Of a DNA stretch of 28,264 nt, positions 25,789 to 28,264 are shown one piece after another (position 1 is the stretch's first letter; every line of letters starts with the position of its first letter). The position numbers were made by a program, and so were the translations under genes. Below the pieces are notes generated by a model. That model had not been told where the DNA came from, ran no database searches, and was given only the letters and a program-made list of their open reading frames with translations. The DNA is from a virus (taxonomy: Duplodnaviria; Caudoviricetes), in the IMG/VR virus record IMGVR_UViG_3300020477_000103, positions 1 to 28,264 of that record; one strand, given 5' to 3'.

Positions 25789-26082
25789 CTATAATGTTGG
25801 CCTAGTGTCAGGAAAGTCTGATGTTGAAGGCCAGTCTCTTAATTTCTGACGATAAGTTAAATAATCATTTCGTTTGGGGTGATCTGGCGTTTGGGATATC
25901 CAATCTGTTGCTCTAAGTTCTTGATCACGCCAACTCCGAGCATCTGCTTGTTTTTCTTCTTCCGTTGGAACGAGAACACCCTGAAACTGGTGTTCTATTA
26001 TCATACCGTCATCATGAGTATCTTTTATCCAATCACCGTCAACCGGATCTTGCCCTGGGTTAGTTATATTTTCTCTTTTCAT
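25789..26082 (-). CDS. tail fibre assembly chaperone-like protein
   Basis: ARSWRDQELRATDW...YRQKLRDWP..FP..RP. Confidence 0.8.
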   Translation of the reverse strand: MKRENITNPGQDPVDGDWIKDTHDDGMIIEHQFQGVLVPTEEEKQADARSWRDQELRATDWISQTPDHPKRNDYLTYRQKLRDWPSTSDFPDTRPTL

Positions 26083-26083
26083 T

Positions 26084-26728
26084 TTAGAAACCCTCCAATG
26101 TCATCCAAGTAACCCCACAATAGTAGTAATAACCGCTAGCGTAAACGTTATTATCCCATATTTCGACTTTCAAACTGTCTTCAGCATATAAAACAGGCAT
26201 GCCGTGAACAAGCATATCCATTGGAGATTCCACAAAACCATTTCCATTGGCATAAGTTGTACTAGCATCAGCAGCAGTGTTATAATATAAAAATCTCATG
26301 CCTCCAGCAGCCTGTCCATAGCTTGTATCGCCAAACCCTTCAAAATTCATTCCCCCTACTACAAGTCGGCCATTCCATGTTGTACTAGGTGCGATTACGG
26401 TCTCTGTACCATCAACTGTGAATCTTACTTTCGTGGTATTAGTGGCGTTAGGATATCTTCCTACAAATGTTCCCATAATGACAGGGTTTGATAAATTTGA
26501 GAGATTTAATATCGCAACATAACTATTTGCAACAGAACTCCAAGTTCGAGTGCCCATTTCGTTCATGCCACTCCAAAAGTTCAGGTGCGAGGCGTAATGC
26601 CATGTTCGCTGACCGGTGCACATATAGGGAGTACTCGTTCCACCGCAGCGATAAAGAGGTAACTTTTTAGGGTCTGTTACCATATTATAAGTTAAATCAT
26701 TTCTATAAAATTGTTGAGTTGATGCCAC
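26084..26728 (-). CDS. putative virion/tail-associated beta-rich protein
   Basis: GGAG SD; G/T/N/Y-rich; lies between a fibre-like gene and a chaperone. Confidence 0.6.
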   Translation of the reverse strand: MASTQQFYRNDLTYNMVTDPKKLPLYRCGGTSTPYMCTGQRTWHYASHLNFWSGMNEMGTRTWSSVANSYVAILNLSNLSNPVIMGTFVGRYPNATNTTKVRFTVDGTETVIAPSTTWNGRLVVGGMNFEGFGDTSYGQAAGGMRFLYYNTAADASTTYANGNGFVESPMDMLVHGMPVLYAEDSLKVEIWDNNVYASGYYYYCGVTWMTLEGF

Positions 26729-26740
26729 TTTTTTCTCTCC

Positions 26741-27427
26741 TTATCCTACAGGTAACCAGCCAGGGGTCGCATGAACGTACATCCAGTCAGTAGACCAATT
26801 TTTTGTATTAATAACTCCATCAGCAGCCTCACGTAATACATTTACACTATTTCTTCCTAGAGTTAGATTGTTAGTATCGAATGTCCCCGCATAATCAACT
26901 ACACCGACCGTATCTCCGACACTTGGTGAAGCAGGGAAGTTCATTGTAAATGCGGAACTACTGGTATCGACGAGGTACCGCTCACCAGCTACCGCTGTGA
27001 AAGTTGAGGTTTTAGGTGTTGCTTGTAGTTCCAAACCGCCGCCAGCTGCATCTGCCCAAGAAGGAGCAGTTGCCCCGCCATTCATAGTTAAAACTTGAGC
27101 TGCAGTACCTTTTGCTAGTCTAGTAATTGTGTCGGTGCCATCAGCATAGATAATATCACCCTGCACAAGAGGAGGATTTAGTTTTGCCCCTGTTACTGCA
27201 TCATTCGCTATAGCTGCGGTTACAACTGCATTATCATCAATTTTTGCAGAGGTTATCGCATCATCTGCTATAGCGGCTGTTACTACAGCATTATCATCAA
27301 TTTTTGCAGACGTAACAGAATCATCTGCTAATCTTGCGGTAGCTACATCCGCACTTTTTGTAGCAGGTACTTTAGCATCATTAGCGGCCATTAAGTCCGC
27401 TAGTCTTCTAGCTTTAGAATATGCCAC
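26741..27427 (-). CDS. tail fibre-like structural protein
   Basis: 10-aa repeats, GDIIYADG..RLAKGTAAQVL..PSW module, C-terminal domain YLVDTSSSAFTMNFPASPSVGD...NNLTLGRN...GW. Confidence 0.75.
   Translation of the reverse strand: MAYSKARRLADLMAANDAKVPATKSADVATARLADDSVTSAKIDDNAVVTAAIADDAITSAKIDDNAVVTAAIANDAVTGAKLNPPLVQGDIIYADGTDTITRLAKGTAAQVLTMNGGATAPSWADAAGGGLELQATPKTSTFTAVAGERYLVDTSSSAFTMNFPASPSVGDTVGVVDYAGTFDTNNLTLGRNSVNVLREAADGVINTKNWSTDWMYVHATPGWLPVG
27180..27346 (-). repeat. coding tandem repeat: 30-nt units with a 60-nt super-period
   Basis: GCATTATCATCAATTTTTGCAGA at 27228-27250 and 27288-27310; encodes VTSAKIDDNA/VVTAAIADDA repeats. Confidence 0.85.
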
Positions 27428-28021
27428 TTAGGGCTCCTCTGGCCAATTTTGTGTACCCATTACAGCTTCTAATGCATCCACATCTCCGGCTCCTGCTATC
27501 GCTGACTCTAGTCTTGCACATTCAGTAATTACTGCGGCTCGATGAGTTTCGTTAGCTGAAGGTATTGCTACATCTCGTTCTGCTTTTCGTATAACCATCC
27601 AATCCGTGCTAGAAAGCAATGCATTGGCTCTACTCTTAACGTCTTCTATCATGGAGGTTTTTAGTCCATAATTAACCAGCTTTTTACTGCTAGCAACCAT
27701 TGCTCCGTTGCCTCCATCGGCAGAGGGATCCCAAACATGAACGTATAACTGATTACCATCATTATCTTTTGCATCTTCATCATTTAATCTTTTAGCCGTA
27801 GTAGTATATTGTCGAGTAGGAACACCATCAACTAAAGTAATGTCTTCTTGGGTAGTATAATAATATGTGTCATTTTTACGTTGCCCGTTAACAATCTCTT
27901 TTATCCCGTTAGCAGTTTTAAAGTCTTCATTCGCTACACCCCCTGGAAAGGAGGTATTAGGGAAGAGCTGTTTTAACGTTCCTGTTGCGGTGATTGTACC
28001 GTCTTTTACTATTGCGAACAT
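27428..28021 (-). CDS. tail fibre assembly chaperone-like protein
   Basis: LFPNTSFP, ANALLSSTDWMVIRKAERDVAIP..HRAAV, NWPE; AAGGAG SD. Confidence 0.7.
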   Translation of the reverse strand: MFAIVKDGTITATGTLKQLFPNTSFPGGVANEDFKTANGIKEIVNGQRKNDTYYYTTQEDITLVDGVPTRQYTTTAKRLNDEDAKDNDGNQLYVHVWDPSADGGNGAMVASSKKLVNYGLKTSMIEDVKSRANALLSSTDWMVIRKAERDVAIPSANETHRAAVITECARLESAIAGAGDVDALEAVMGTQNWPEEP

Positions 28022-28032
28022 TGTTTTCTCCT

Positions 28033-28264
28033 TTATCGCGCGTTGGCAGTTTTGAAGGGGGTTTCAGCAAAAGCCATATATGCGTATTGCACCCCGCTAT
28101 TATTATTCTGTGAATCTGTTCTTAACTTAAAACCGTTTGACGTAAAATCAACATTATAACTAGCGGATGCAAAATCAGCCCAAGCTTCATTAGCCCATAA
28201 AGCGTCATCTACGACATTCCAAGGGCTTCTTTTATTGTCAAATATATACCAATTATTTGTTGAT
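28033..28264 (-). CDS. C-terminal part of a virion structural/tail fibre protein (5' end outside the window)
   Basis: Open frame ...NWYIFDNKRSPWNVVDDALWANE...VDFTSNGFKLRTDSQNNNSGVQYAYMAFAETPFKTANAR*. Confidence 0.8.
   Translation of the reverse strand, partial: STNNWYIFDNKRSPWNVVDDALWANEAWADFASASYNVDFTSNGFKLRTDSQNNNSGVQYAYMAFAETPFKTANAR

Noticed and set aside
25772-25789. GGGC-TTA-GCCC hairpin plus T run before the lipoprotein (- strand)
   Set aside because: A 4-bp stem with a 3-nt loop is too weak to call a terminator.
394-28055. Alternative-frame and antisense ORFs in the track (e.g. 394-621, 6713-7018, 8346-8687, 11409-11750, 19812-20183, 25879-26112)
   Set aside because: They are nested in well-supported genes with no recognisable motifs, so they are treated as shadow ORFs.
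25789-28264. Iron-binding HxH motifs in tail fibres linked to the iron theme
   Set aside because: No HxH motifs in the visible tail proteins.
1-28264. tRNAs, CRISPR arrays, introns, inteins, homing endonucleases, integrase
   Set aside because: None seen by eye. Pol, helicases and nrdAB are uninterrupted and of normal length, and intergenic gaps are short. No scan was run.

Overview
A 28 kb AT-rich fragment of a lytic T5-like (Demerecviridae-type) dsDNA phage, probably marine with a proteobacterial host (inferred from the accessory genes). The + strand (1-25047) carries the T5 replication arm in T5 order: D2, D3, Sm/WYL-like ORF, PC4-like ORF, split NAD-dependent ligase, D5, D6 helicase, primase, family A polymerase, D10 helicase, D11, D12/D13 (SbcDC), D14, D15, then nrdA/nrdB. 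Accessory genes are interleaved: lysozyme, thyX, a dNTP diphosphohydrolase-like protein, a 2OG-Fe(II) oxygenase, iscU-iscA, phoH and a TorF-like porin. Five near-consensus sigma70 promoters share an upstream motif, and three intrinsic terminators are visible. The - strand (25073-28264) holds the end of a tail fibre/chaperone operon and a lipoprotein. Manual reading adds six small ORFs absent from the ORF track, five with a start overlapping the upstream gene's end and all six overlapping a neighbour. The best candidate for a new system is a dispersed iron/Fe-S set: a 33-aa 7-Cys peptide coupled to a shortened Bfd-like ferredoxin, plus IscU and IscA, alongside the phage's iron-dependent enzymes. 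All family assignments come from motif recognition and memory; no searches were run.
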